In this document: piece by piece, positions 28,466 through 37,371 of the stretch
How positions within the stretch are numbered: the first letter of the stretch is position 1
Layout of the letters: each line of letters begins with the position of its first letter
From: a virus
Lineage: Duplodnaviria > Heunggongvirae > Uroviricota > Caudoviricetes
Virus record (IMG/VR): IMGVR_UViG_3300032116_012976
Strand: one strand, 5' to 3'
Length of the DNA stretch: 64,000 nt
Translations under genes and position numbers: made by a program
Notes under the pieces: model-generated
Told to the model about the DNA's origin: nothing
Databases searched by the model: none
The model's input: the letters and a program-made list of their open reading frames with translations, nothing else

Positions 28466-28707
28466 TATTCAAACAAAACCCACTTGGCGCGGTTCAAAAA
28501 TTGACGAGCATAGTCGGCACGCTTGGCGTTAACCTTACCATATTCCGAGTCGATCATTTCCTGGGCATCACTCATCAAACTGGCTACCAACGTAGCAGGA
28601 CTAGAATAACGATAGATCAGGTCTTGCTCAACTTCTTCGCGCAATTCTGCTTCGGTCATGCCATACATGTGGATATCGCGTTTTTGACTTTCATTTAGTT
28701 GCTTCAT
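28444..28707 (-). CDS. hypothetical protein
   Basis: 87-aa ORF downstream of the promoter at 28738. Confidence 0.5.
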   Translation of the reverse strand: MKQLNESQKRDIHMYGMTEAELREEVEQDLIYRYSSPATLVASLMSDAQEMIDSEYGKVNAKRADYARQFLNRAKWVLFEYCMKETA

Positions 28708-28737
28708 TCCAGGCTCCTTTTTGCTTTGTATGCCACT

Positions 28738-28766
28738 ATTGTAGCAGATAGGGATTTATTGGTCAA
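28738..28766 (-). promoter_or_regulatory. sigma70-type promoter TTGACC-N17-TACAAT (TGn)
   Basis: Minus strand: ttgaccaataaatccctatctgcTACAAT. Confidence 0.6.
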
Positions 28767-28768
28767 AC

Positions 28769-28797
28769 CAAAAAAAAAGCCCTACATGTTGTAGGGC
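28769..28797 (-). terminator. rho-independent terminator
   Basis: gccctaca-tgt-tgtagggc hairpin followed, on the minus strand, by a T9 run. Confidence 0.8.
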
Positions 28798-28843
28798 TAT
28801 TGTAACACTTGAGTATTACCTTTTGAAATGTAGTACTCTAGTA

Positions 28844-29575
28844 TTACATTGGGATCAAATGCTCCAGCTCGCTTTGCCCATGCACATCAATGATAAAGTG
28901 CAGTCTTGGATGTGGGCTGTTATTTTTTACCCAGTGCTTTAGACCTGCGTTGAAAAAATAAACACGACCGTCTGCTGGTAGGTGCTGTTCTTGTATGCCT
29001 TGTTTGGTTAGCATAAACATACTGACGTCAGGGTGAGTCAGCACAGGAATGTGAAACCTTGTGACATAACTGGGGTCATAATCAAAGTGCGGTTTGATTT
29101 CGTGACCTGCTCCTAGGTATGCCAGTCTTGCTCTAGTAATTCGACTGGTAAACATGTCAAAAATCCGTTCAATCTCACCAGTCACCATGTTGGTGCGTAC
29201 TCCGTAGTTGAGATCGTCAGCTTCGGGCACATACCGAGGATCATTGGGATCCTGACGCTTGACTCGTTCTATCATGGTTGTGGCTTTAACTTCCACAGGC
29301 CCACGGCTTTTTGATTTGTCAAACTCAGTAAGTTGTATCTGTCTAAATTTTTCACTTTCCAAACTGGGTGCATCTGCTTCTTTAAACAAATTATCCAAGG
29401 TCCATTGGTTGGCTTTGATGAATGGAGTGAATGCACCATCAGTACTGGCCTTGACATCAACATAGTGATCCCAGTCTAGGAGACTGTTGTCTTTCAAGTG
29501 TTTGATCAATTGTGGTGTGTCTATGTGAAAATTGTTCAGATAGCCAAACGCTGGAAGTTGTTTTCGTGTTTTCAT
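28844..29575 (-). CDS. aspartyl/asparaginyl beta-hydroxylase-family (LpxO-like) 2OG-Fe(II) oxygenase
   Basis: HFDYDPSYVTRFHIPVLT...FFNAGLKHWVKNNSPHPRLHFIID matches the H-x-D...R-x-H-x-P...H-x-V-x-N-x-S...R-x-H pattern of that family. Confidence 0.55.
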   Translation of the reverse strand: MKTRKQLPAFGYLNNFHIDTPQLIKHLKDNSLLDWDHYVDVKASTDGAFTPFIKANQWTLDNLFKEADAPSLESEKFRQIQLTEFDKSKSRGPVEVKATTMIERVKRQDPNDPRYVPEADDLNYGVRTNMVTGEIERIFDMFTSRITRARLAYLGAGHEIKPHFDYDPSYVTRFHIPVLTHPDVSMFMLTKQGIQEQHLPADGRVYFFNAGLKHWVKNNSPHPRLHFIIDVHGQSELEHLIPM

Positions 29576-30303
29576 TGTTTGACCAGTCTAATTAAATATC
29601 CAGCAACATCAATTTGCCACCACTTTAGTCCAAAGCGCCAGTCACTGGGATTGGCATGATGATTGTTGTGCCATCCTTCGCCCCACACAAGTACACCTAA
29701 AATAGGATTGTTAACACTGGTATCTTTGCCAGGATAATCTTGCCAGCCTATGGTGTGACCAATGTTGTTGATCAAACCGCCTGCATGGAATAAAAACAAA
29801 GCAGGCACCAAGTGAGCATAGACCACAGCCATTGGATCTATAGCATACAGTATCACAGCATACGCACCGTGTATGGCCCAATAGTAATTGTGCATGAATG
29901 CATGAAATCTACTGCGCATGAGATCAGTAACCATTCTAAGACTGGGCTGATTGAACATGATTAAAAATTGCACACGGAAGAATCCTTTGTGCAAGGGACT
30001 GTGGGGATCGCGTTCGGTATCCACAAATTTATGATGTTCACGATGTATGGCAACCCAAGCAATACTAGAGCCCACTCCACCGAGAGTGCCAATTATGGTG
30101 CCAAGGTATTCCCACCAAGCAGGTGCTTTATAACTTCTATGACTCAATAGTCTGTGAAAAGTTGCACTGGCACCAATACTGCCAGTTACAACGTATACGC
30201 CAAACGCTACGGCCCATTGCCACCATTCACCATTCACCATTAGGCACACCAAGGCAGCTATGCACATGGTTTGAAAAACAAACAACCAGTTTATGCGTTT
30301 CAT
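29572..30303 (-). CDS. membrane fatty-acid desaturase (acyl-CoA/lipid delta-9-like)
   Basis: Three His boxes: HRLLSHRSY, HREHHKFVDTERDPHSP, GEGWHNNHHANP. Confidence 0.85.
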   Translation of the reverse strand: MKRINWLFVFQTMCIAALVCLMVNGEWWQWAVAFGVYVVTGSIGASATFHRLLSHRSYKAPAWWEYLGTIIGTLGGVGSSIAWVAIHREHHKFVDTERDPHSPLHKGFFRVQFLIMFNQPSLRMVTDLMRSRFHAFMHNYYWAIHGAYAVILYAIDPMAVVYAHLVPALFLFHAGGLINNIGHTIGWQDYPGKDTSVNNPILGVLVWGEGWHNNHHANPSDWRFGLKWWQIDVAGYLIRLVKQ

Positions 30304-31001
30304 GATCTTACTACCTCGCCATAGATTCTTCTAGTGTTGTTGCCACCAGCCAAAGAAACAATCTCTCCCGGTTCTACATCTCTAGTAACAGTGATTCGAG
30401 GATGTAGTTCAGCATTACTACCAATATTTGGTCCGCGCTCATTGTTAAATTTGCCGTACCCTACAATTGCAGTGTCAGGGTGAATTAACACATTGTCACC
30501 TAATGTTACTCTACTACAAATTTTTACAAATTCATGTAGGATGCAATTTTTTCCAATAGTGGTATGATGCGCAACAGTAGTAGAATTATGTATTCGGCTG
30601 TGAGCACCAATCTTTGTATAATGTGCTACTCCGGCGTTGAATCCAATATAGCACCCTGGGCCAATTTCTGCTTCGTCATACACCTCACTGGCTGGATGTA
30701 TCAGCGTTGCACAGTTGAGTTTATGTTGATCAATCAGATCAATATACGCAAGTCTTTTGGATTTCGATCTTAGATCAAGACTTGACCAAGACATTCCAAC
30801 AAAAAAATCATACTGGTCTCGAGCAGCCTCAAAATCAAACGAGTCTTCGCTTCCAATCACAGGCAATCCATTTTTAGTATCAGTGTTCCTGTAATAATCA
30901 CTGTCAACAATACCTGCAACGGGTATGTTACGAAGAGTACACACTCTTATAAAAATTTCTAAGTTTGTACTGGTGCCTAAAAAAACAATTGGTTTGTGCA
31001 T
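30300..31001 (-). CDS. hexapeptide-repeat sugar acetyltransferase (NeuD/PglD-like)
   Basis: N-terminal KPIVFLGTSTNLEI...VAGIVDSD, plus a left-handed beta-helix repeat region. Start moved to MHKPIVF. Confidence 0.65.
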   Translation of the reverse strand: MHKPIVFLGTSTNLEIFIRVCTLRNIPVAGIVDSDYYRNTDTKNGLPVIGSEDSFDFEAARDQYDFFVGMSWSSLDLRSKSKRLAYIDLIDQHKLNCATLIHPASEVYDEAEIGPGCYIGFNAGVAHYTKIGAHSRIHNSTTVAHHTTIGKNCILHEFVKICSRVTLGDNVLIHPDTAIVGYGKFNNERGPNIGSNAELHPRITVTRDVEPGEIVSLAGGNNTRRIYGEVVRS

Positions 31002-31042
31002 GCGATTATTTAAGTTAGTGTGCGAGCAAATAAATATTTCAT

Positions 31043-31825
31043 ATGAAAATCTCTCGCTCCTTGATCGACCCAGTGGCACTCAGTTCCGTTGGCATGTTAT
31101 TTCCAATTTGGACAGTGATCTGGTTGACAATAAACTGGTCATGGACTACATTTTTTGTTGTGCTATTGACCAGTTGGTTTATGGGAATTCACATCACTAT
31201 GTTTGCGCATCGCGCCTGGTGTCATCGCGCCTGGAAACCTAGTTCAGTAGTTGATTTGTATGGACTTGTTGTATTTACCTTGTGCCTAGTAGGCAACAGC
31301 ATTGGATGGGTGGGAATTCATCGCGAACATCATGCACATTGTGACACTGACCGTGATCCACATTCTCCATATCATAAGAGTCGGTGGGCTATTCAATTTT
31401 TGAGCTATTTCAATCAAGTCAAAACCAAATACATTGTGGACCTTGGTAGAGATTCTCGCCATCTTTGGTTTTATCATTGGTACTGGGCCCTCAACATAGT
31501 TTGGTTTGCATTGTTATTTGCAATTGATCCTGCCCTGGTAGGATTATGGATAGCAGTAATTGGACTCACAGTGTTCAAACTTCACACAATCAATTCATTG
31601 TGTCATCGCACACCTTGGTTCTTGCTACCTATACACAATGATGACACCAGCAGTAACAGTGTGCTGATGGTGTTATTAAACATCAACAATGGCGAAGCTT
31701 GGCACAAGAACCATCATCAAAATGCAGCCAACTATAGATTCAGTCAACGCTGGTATGAAATTGACCCACCTGCCAGAATAATTGAACTACTGGCGCAATT
31801 CAAGCTGGCCAGTATCAATCGCTGA
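31043..31825 (+). CDS. membrane fatty-acid desaturase (second copy, plus strand)
   Basis: HRAWCHRAW, HREHHAHCDTDRDPHSP, GEAWHKNHHQN. Confidence 0.85.
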   Translation: MKISRSLIDPVALSSVGMLFPIWTVIWLTINWSWTTFFVVLLTSWFMGIHITMFAHRAWCHRAWKPSSVVDLYGLVVFTLCLVGNSIGWVGIHREHHAHCDTDRDPHSPYHKSRWAIQFLSYFNQVKTKYIVDLGRDSRHLWFYHWYWALNIVWFALLFAIDPALVGLWIAVIGLTVFKLHTINSLCHRTPWFLLPIHNDDTSSNSVLMVLLNINNGEAWHKNHHQNAANYRFSQRWYEIDPPARIIELLAQFKLASINR

Positions 31826-32698
31826 CCCATCAAATGGGCTAACATAGCCCATGGCTCTCCACAACAGACGGTTTTCAATATTTTCAAATGCAGGACGAGC
31901 ATGCATGCTCAACCACTGGCAATTGATAATTATTTCATAGTCTTGCCAATGATGAGCGTACTGGTACTTGGGCTGAGTTAGAAATTTGTACAGATAACTG
32001 AACCATGCTTGTTGTCCAGCGTTTGGAACTGGTGTTTTGCCAATATAGAATATTGGATTTTGCATGGGTGACCAATGGATGCCCGTGGCCCCTGATTTGT
32101 TTTGAGTAACAAATTTGTTAAATCCTGTTCTGCCTTGATAGTTAACGTCTGCAGCCATAGGCCCGTTATCTGTACTGCCTGAGTAATTGTAATAACACAT
32201 GAGCTGATCCAGACTTCTTAATAGTCCAACTGGTGTATCGGTTGCTTGCCTAAGATCGTTTAATGCTTGTATGCTGTTGGTAAATCCTGTGATGCTGCCT
32301 TCAGTATGTTCTACCCCGTACAAACACAAAGCATCGGGACGTTCTGCGGCAGTTCTTCCTGGTTCGTTGCAGTGCCAAGGCAAATCATCTGGCATGCCAA
32401 ATAATCCAGTGATTTCACCGTGGACATCTTTCTTACCAGTGACTCTGATAATTTCTTTGTTGGTTTGTTCGACAAATATTTTTTCTTTGGCTGGAAGATC
32501 GTTATTGAGATCATCAAACACACCAGAAGTAAATTGATGATATTGATCAATGGTTAACGGTTGCGTGTTATGGATTACAACCAGCAAGTTGGTATAAGGT
32601 AGCGTTCTTAATTGATCGCGTTCGGTGCTGTTTACATCTAGCACGTTTAGTTGATCTACATGCACTACCCAGCCGTTTGGATCTAAAGTTAATTTCAT
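31787..32698 (-). CDS. TauD/TfdA-like 2OG-Fe(II) dioxygenase (paralog A)
   Basis: DLPWHCNEPG... resembles the HxD region of TauD-like enzymes. Paralogous to ORF 33739. Confidence 0.4.
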   Translation of the reverse strand: MKLTLDPNGWVVHVDQLNVLDVNSTERDQLRTLPYTNLLVVIHNTQPLTIDQYHQFTSGVFDDLNNDLPAKEKIFVEQTNKEIIRVTGKKDVHGEITGLFGMPDDLPWHCNEPGRTAAERPDALCLYGVEHTEGSITGFTNSIQALNDLRQATDTPVGLLRSLDQLMCYYNYSGSTDNGPMAADVNYQGRTGFNKFVTQNKSGATGIHWSPMQNPIFYIGKTPVPNAGQQAWFSYLYKFLTQPKYQYAHHWQDYEIIINCQWLSMHARPAFENIENRLLWRAMGYVSPFDGSAIDTGQLELRQ

Positions 32699-32817
32699 AA
32701 TTGTAATAAAATTACCGGTTACGACTCCGGTGCTGAACTATGGTGTCAGCCGTTCTGATCTGTACCCTATCACTTCACCATACTTTCACAAGCAGAGGGC
32801 TAGGCAGAAAGCCGCCT

Positions 32818-33438
32818 TTAATCTACATGATGCTCAGTTTTGAAATTGCCGTTTTGCAAGCCAATCCGTCCACCTTCTGCTTCAATGCGTTTGTACACAT
32901 CTTCCAACAAGATAGGCGCAAAATCAGTCTGCTCCACACATACGCAATGATACCGCACATCCAGTTCTGTGCCATACAAGATCTCTCCTGTACGGGCATC
33001 AACACCACGAGCTTTCTTAACTCGAGTGGCGTGCAAGTGTCCGTGGATGTTTACACCAAAGCGACCCAAGCTAGATTCATGCACAGGAATGTGACTCAAG
33101 ATCATTCCGTTCAACACATGATATGCTCGCAATTCACGAAAGTACCTGCGGTACTCATCATCACGGAAGATATCATGGTTGCCGCGGATCAATACCTTGT
33201 CGCCGTTCAAGCGATGTAACGTAGGCAATGCCTTGCGGTTAATAACCACGTCACCCAAATGGTAGACCTTGTCTGATGGACGAACACGGTCGTTCCAACG
33301 GCGGATCATTTCCTCATCCATCTCTGCAGGATCATCCCACGGACGCAATTTCACAGTGTCATCATCTGGGTGTGTAAACTTGCACACGCCAACATGACCA
33401 AAATGCGTGTCGCTTACCAAAAATGTTGCTGGCATCAT
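32818..33438 (-). CDS. metallophosphoesterase (calcineurin-like)
   Basis: VSDTHFGH, LGDVV, RGNHD, GHLH motifs. Confidence 0.8.
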   Translation of the reverse strand: MMPATFLVSDTHFGHVGVCKFTHPDDDTVKLRPWDDPAEMDEEMIRRWNDRVRPSDKVYHLGDVVINRKALPTLHRLNGDKVLIRGNHDIFRDDEYRRYFRELRAYHVLNGMILSHIPVHESSLGRFGVNIHGHLHATRVKKARGVDARTGEILYGTELDVRYHCVCVEQTDFAPILLEDVYKRIEAEGGRIGLQNGNFKTEHHVD

Positions 33439-33449
33439 GTGCCTCCTTT

Positions 33450-33683
33450 TTATTCTACTACTTTACAATAACGGCACTGAAATGCAAATGCTAATTTTTG
33501 ATGAGTTTTTCTCTCACCATTGTCTTGCCATTCGTATTCAATCCAGTCACCGTCTACTGTGACAATTTTGACTTCGCGGTTACTGCCGTCGGCAGGTGCC
33601 CAGCGTTGACCGCTTGCAAGCTCGTCGGCCGGGAAGAAGTGGCCACAAACAAGGTTGCGACCGTTTACAGTTTCAATTCTCAT
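33450..33683 (-). CDS. hypothetical protein
   Basis: 77-aa ORF downstream of the promoter at 33710. Confidence 0.5.
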   Translation of the reverse strand: MRIETVNGRNLVCGHFFPADELASGQRWAPADGSNREVKIVTVDGDWIEYEWQDNGERKTHQKLAFAFQCRYCKVVE

Positions 33684-33709
33684 TTTGCACTCCTTTCTGT
33701 TAATGTGTA

Positions 33710-33738
33710 ATTATAGCAGATCAGGAATTTTTGGTCAA
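33710..33738 (-). promoter_or_regulatory. sigma70-type promoter TTGACC-N17-TATAAT (TGn)
   Basis: Minus strand: ttgaccaaaaattcctgatctgcTATAAT. Confidence 0.65.
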
Positions 33739-34608
33739 TCACACTAAAGTATTAGAAATGTTGCAGTGATCAAAGTTAAGAGCAATGCGATGCACCACTC
33801 GATTCTGAATGTTTTCACAGCGCCATCTTTTGTGAATACTTAACCATTGTTCACTTAACACAATGTCACCGTCTTGCCAATCGTGGTGATATGTGTATTT
33901 TTCTTGCTCCACATGTTGTCGTAATTTTTGAATTAGGGCATCGCTTTTGTCTTTGTCAAAACCCAGTATCTGATGAATTTGTAAAAACGAAAAAAACATG
34001 CCTGTGACACCAGCCTGGTTGGTGTGTAACAAACTTGGATACCAATTGTGGTTGATGGCATTTGAATCTCGACTGGTGATTGTGTAAGTGTCTTCAGAGA
34101 TCACCCTAGCATCAAACCCCATGACCAGTTTTAAATCTTTGATTTGTTCTTTGAGTTCTTGGTCAAGATCTTGATAACTCAAAATGTTGTTGATCCAACT
34201 GGTTCGGCTGCCAACAGAATCTTTTACTGAATACAACCAAATCAACGGATCTCGGTCTTCACTACCGGTTCTATTGCAGTGCCAATCTAGATCACTCACA
34301 TGTTCAAACACACCTGGTTGTCCATGATGGTGACCACCGCCACCTACTCTGACAATTTTACCACGCCCGCCTTGTACTAATTTTGTGCCCGGTGTTGGCG
34401 TATTAGCCGGCGCCACTTGCTCACATGCACCAATTTTTTCACAGATGTCAACTTCGTCTCCGGGCAAAAGGTGTTGATCGCGTATCACAACCACGGTGTC
34501 TTTGGCAGCAAGCCAAGCAATGGTATTCATCTCTTGCTGTGAAGCAGAACGTAAATCAATATCAGTAATGATTGAAGTCCAACCATTTTCGTGTAGTTGT
34601 ATTTTCAT
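33739..34608 (-). CDS. TauD/TfdA-like 2OG-Fe(II) dioxygenase (paralog B)
   Basis: LDWHCNRTGSEDRDP... Same N-terminal MK(L/I)xLxxNGW as ORF 31787. Confidence 0.4.
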   Translation of the reverse strand: MKIQLHENGWTSIITDIDLRSASQQEMNTIAWLAAKDTVVVIRDQHLLPGDEVDICEKIGACEQVAPANTPTPGTKLVQGGRGKIVRVGGGGHHHGQPGVFEHVSDLDWHCNRTGSEDRDPLIWLYSVKDSVGSRTSWINNILSYQDLDQELKEQIKDLKLVMGFDARVISEDTYTITSRDSNAINHNWYPSLLHTNQAGVTGMFFSFLQIHQILGFDKDKSDALIQKLRQHVEQEKYTYHHDWQDGDIVLSEQWLSIHKRWRCENIQNRVVHRIALNFDHCNISNTLV

Positions 34609-35030
34609 GTGTCTAATTGCACTTCTTGCCAGGTCGAGTCGCCGAGCATTTTAACTGCCATCACGTAGGTGTGCTGTTCTCCAGGGCCAGCGCACCAGTG
34701 ATGCGGATGATTCATACTCAACCAATGCTCGTTTTTTATTGAGTTAAAATACACATAGTAAGTTTTACCATGTCGAGGTTGTAAGCCGTACTTGACGCCG
34801 TGCATGATCTCACTAACATGCAGGCGTTGTTGAAGTGCGTCGGCCTGTTGTTTTAACACTTCAACTTGTTGCATGATCCTGTCATATTCTTGTTGAGCAT
34901 GCATTCGCCCTACATTGAGTATGACATCTTTTTCTCGTTCAACAGGAACAGGGGCAAACGCAGGACTGCCCAACTCCATTGGGTAAGGCAGACTGTTTCT
35001 TCTATCTCCGTCTTCTTTAGATAGATCCAT
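34605..35030 (-). CDS. hypothetical protein
   Basis: 141-aa ORF, ATGA-coupled. Confidence 0.5.
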   Translation of the reverse strand: MDLSKEDGDRRNSLPYPMELGSPAFAPVPVEREKDVILNVGRMHAQQEYDRIMQQVEVLKQQADALQQRLHVSEIMHGVKYGLQPRHGKTYYVYFNSIKNEHWLSMNHPHHWCAGPGEQHTYVMAVKMLGDSTWQEVQLDT

Positions 35031-35286
35031 TGGTTCTACGTCTACGTCGGGGTTCTAAATCTTGTTCGCGATAGAGATAGTCTCTTGTGATTTTGCCTTG
35101 TTCAATTTCTTCAAGTACTGCCACTGAGTTGCTGTTTTTACTTGCAACTTTTCGCATGTCGCCGCGATTGAGTTCGCGCAATCGTCGAGAAGCCACTAGC
35201 ACCAAGTCATAGCGATTGCCAATTGCGGCTACTGCGGCTTCGCTGGTCAACCCGGCTGTTCTGTCGTTACTGTGAATAATTTTCAT
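35017..35286 (-). CDS. rpoZ: RNA polymerase omega-subunit-like protein
   Basis: AAIGNRYDLVLVASRRLRELN...AVLEEIEQGKI closely mirrors the bacterial omega core (IGNRFDLVLVAARRARQ...AL(R/E)EIEEG). Confidence 0.6.
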   Translation of the reverse strand: MKIIHSNDRTAGLTSEAAVAAIGNRYDLVLVASRRLRELNRGDMRKVASKNSNSVAVLEEIEQGKITRDYLYREQDLEPRRRRRTNGSI

Positions 35287-35572
35287 TGTTGTTTCCGTTT
35301 GAGTGATGGTGGTTGAGGGAATCTAAATCTTGAAATAGTTTTTTCTCTTGGGCTGTAAGTTTGTCTTTATGTGTCTTACGTGGATTGCCACACAAGTAAC
35401 ATGCAGGATTGCCGCAGTCCATGGCATGATGTTTGGCCAGGCGATGTGTTTGCCTAATGCTTCGTAAGTTGTAGGTGCTATGACTTTTGGCAATTTTGAC
35501 TTGTCTAGCAATTGCAACATCTGTTTTATGACGGCGAGCTGAGTTTTTGAATTTAGCAAAGTCGTTAGCCAT
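35267..35572 (-). CDS. hypothetical protein (Cys/His-containing, basic)
   Basis: 101-aa ORF. Confidence 0.5.
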   Translation of the reverse strand: MANDFAKFKNSARRHKTDVAIARQVKIAKSHSTYNLRSIRQTHRLAKHHAMDCGNPACYLCGNPRKTHKDKLTAQEKKLFQDLDSLNHHHSNGNNNENYSQ

Positions 35573-35760
35573 CAGCCACCTCTTCCGCTGGCTTTTCTAA
35601 CAGGTGCTCCTTTGATCATTGGTGCGCCGTAGTTTTGTTTGGTCTTGGTAGTTTTGGTTTTTACTGTGGGTCGAGCAGCCTCATGCTTTTTGGCAAGAGC
35701 CTCTCGCACAGCGTCAGTGAGTTTGGAAGATTTTGGATCGTTCATATAACTATTTAACAA
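35572..35760 (-). CDS. hypothetical basic protein
   Basis: 62-aa ORF downstream of the promoter at 35770. Confidence 0.45.
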   Translation of the reverse strand: MLNSYMNDPKSSKLTDAVREALAKKHEAARPTVKTKTTKTKQNYGAPMIKGAPVRKASGRGG

Positions 35761-35769
35761 TGTAGAACC

Positions 35770-35798
35770 AGTATAACACAGTTCTACATTGTTGTCAA
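35770..35798 (-). promoter_or_regulatory. sigma70-type promoter TTGACA-N17-TATACT overlapped by an 8-bp inverted repeat
   Basis: Minus strand: ttgacaacaatgtagaactgtgtTATACT. The inverted repeat tgtagaac/gttctaca (35761..35788) spans the spacer and -10. Confidence 0.55.
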
Positions 35799-35799
35799 G

Positions 35800-35928
35800 T
35801 TACATTGCCTGGAATTCTTCCTTACCGCAACCACACTCTGGACAGTTATAGTATTTTGGCAAATCGTCAAATTTACCATCTGTCTCTTCATTGTGGACAT
35901 GGCCACATACAGTGCATACGTATTCCAT
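35800..35928 (-). CDS. rubredoxin-like domain protein (42 aa)
   Basis: MEYVCTVCGH...YNCPECGCGKEEF has two CxxC pairs. RBS aaggagacggaaATG. The longer ORF-track version overlaps the rubrerythrin ORF. Confidence 0.65.
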   Translation of the reverse strand: MEYVCTVCGHVHNEETDGKFDDLPKYYNCPECGCGKEEFQAM

Positions 35929-35938
35929 TTCCGTCTCC

Positions 35939-36376
35939 TTATTGTGCTTCTTTGTGAGCAGCCAGGGCTTTGGTGAAACGATTGGCATGTGAGCGTTCGG
36001 CTTTGGCCAGTGTTTCAAACCAGTCAGCAATCTCGTCTAAGCCTTCGTCTCTGGCAGTTTTGGCCATGCCAGGATACATGTCAGTGTATTCATGTGTTTC
36101 GCCATGAATAGCACTTTCCAGAGCCTGCTCAACAGATTTGGCACTCATGCCAGTGGCGGGATCTCCAGCACCACCTTCGATCAAGTATTCCATATGACCG
36201 TGTGCATGTCCAGTTTCGCCTTCGGCAGTTGAACGGAACAAGGCAGCAACGTCATTGTCGCCTGCTACGTCGGCCATGTTTGCGAAATACAAGTATCGAC
36301 GATTGGCTTGCGATTCTCCGGCAAATGCCGCCTTCAAGTTTTCTTCGGTACGGGTACCTTTTACAGATTGTGTCAT
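35939..36376 (-). CDS. rubrerythrin diiron (ferritin-like) domain protein
   Basis: [27 protein letters not shown]...[10 protein letters not shown]...HGETHEY...AERSHANRF. Confidence 0.85.
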   Translation of the reverse strand: MTQSVKGTRTEENLKAAFAGESQANRRYLYFANMADVAGDNDVAALFRSTAEGETGHAHGHMEYLIEGGAGDPATGMSAKSVEQALESAIHGETHEYTDMYPGMAKTARDEGLDEIADWFETLAKAERSHANRFTKALAAHKEAQ

Positions 36377-36400
36377 GTTTCCTCCTATAGTGACATCACT

Positions 36401-36430
36401 AGTATATAGTATAGAACATACCTAAGTCAA
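36401..36430 (-). promoter_or_regulatory. sigma70-type promoter TTGACT-N18-TATACT
   Basis: Minus strand: ttgacttaggtatgttctatactaTATACT. Confidence 0.45.
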
Positions 36431-36478
36431 GGCATTTTGCTATTGTATTTTTCTATGACGGAGTTTGAGGTTTTTTAT

Positions 36479-36553
36479 TGGCCGGCCCTGAGAGGATCGA
36501 ACTCCCACCGCTTGTTTCGAAGACAAGCATGATATCCATTTCACCAAGGGCCG
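36479..36553 (-). tRNA. tRNA-Arg(TCG)
   Basis: Hand-folded cloverleaf: 7-bp acceptor (cggccct/agggccg on plus), T-arm, anticodon loop CTTCGAA, CCA encoded. Confidence 0.8.
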
Positions 36554-36558
36554 AGAAT

Positions 36559-36632
36559 TGGTGCTCCCAACTGGTAACGATCCAGTGTTTCTACATTACC
36601 AATGTAGTGTAATGCCTTTATACTATGAGAGC
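36559..36632 (-). tRNA. tRNA-Thr(GGT)
   Basis: Acceptor with one G:U, anticodon loop TTGGTAA, atypical T-loop ATCGTTA, CCA encoded. Confidence 0.7.
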
Positions 36633-36636
36633 TAAG

Positions 36637-36710
36637 TGGAGCAGGATACCAGAATCGAACTGGTGACTGGACCTTGGCAAGGTTCTATTTTACCCCTAAA
36701 CTAATCCTGC
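36637..36710 (-). tRNA. tRNA-Gly(GCC)
   Basis: Acceptor gcaggat/atcctgc, anticodon loop TTGCCAA, CCA encoded. Confidence 0.8.
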
Positions 36711-36723
36711 ATTCCGTTACTTA

Positions 36724-37200
36724 TTAGGCAGCTCGTAAACTCTTAAATCTATCTGCCGCGTATGATGCTGCAAATGCTTCTGGCTTCACAAACGGAATCA
36801 CATTGCATGTTCCTTTGATGTAGCCCACAGCTTGCGAGATCACACAACTTGAACCGTATTGTTCGTCTGGGTTGATGTCCAAGTGAACTTCAACTTGACG
36901 GCCTTCTAGTACGTCAGCCAGTTTCAAATACAGTTCTGAAACCTTGTACACTTCGGTCATCAAACGCATGGCAGGTTTGCCTGGTTTCACGTCCCACACA
37001 CGCTCGCGTTGAACTTCGCCAAACAGTTTGCAGCCGTTGTTGCCGTTGATGTGTACCACAATGGCCAACACATAGTCGGCATACCAGGTACCGTCAATTT
37101 TGATTCGTTCAGAGTCGCAGCCAAGGTAGATGCGAGTTTCGGGCGTTTGTTTCTGGATAAATTCTGCTACTGATGCTATATCGAGCTTTTTCATTTTCAA
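36724..37200 (-). CDS. YkuK/DUF458-like predicted RNase H-fold protein
   Basis: IYLGCDSERIKIDGTWYADYVLAIVVHINGNNGCKLF...EVHLDINPDEQYGS recalled as the ykuK-family pattern. From memory only. Confidence 0.45.
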   Translation of the reverse strand: MKMKKLDIASVAEFIQKQTPETRIYLGCDSERIKIDGTWYADYVLAIVVHINGNNGCKLFGEVQRERVWDVKPGKPAMRLMTEVYKVSELYLKLADVLEGRQVEVHLDINPDEQYGSSCVISQAVGYIKGTCNVIPFVKPEAFAASYAADRFKSLRAA

Positions 37201-37223
37201 CTTTCAAAAATATTTATTGATAG

Positions 37224-37300
37224 TGGTACCCCAGGAGGGATTCGAACCCTCAGAATTCTCCTTTTGAGAGAGACACGTATTCCAGTTCCGTCACCGGGGC
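37224..37300 (-). tRNA. tRNA with Leu anticodon CAA but class-I (short variable loop) architecture, 77 nt
   Basis: GCCCCGG TG ACGG AACTGGAAT ACGT G TCTCT CTCAAAA GGAGA ATTCT GAGGG TTCGAAT CCCTC CTGGGGT A CCA. Confidence 0.7.
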
Positions 37301-37306
37301 ATTTGC

Positions 37307-37341
37307 AAAAAAAAAAACAGTAGGACTGGCCTACTGTTTTT
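37307..37341 (-). terminator. rho-independent terminator (bidirectional shape)
   Basis: acagtagg-actgg-cctactgt hairpin flanked by A11 and T5. On the minus strand it is followed by a long T-run. Confidence 0.8.
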
Positions 37342-37371
37342 ATAACTTGTGTCAGACAATCTGATCATGCG

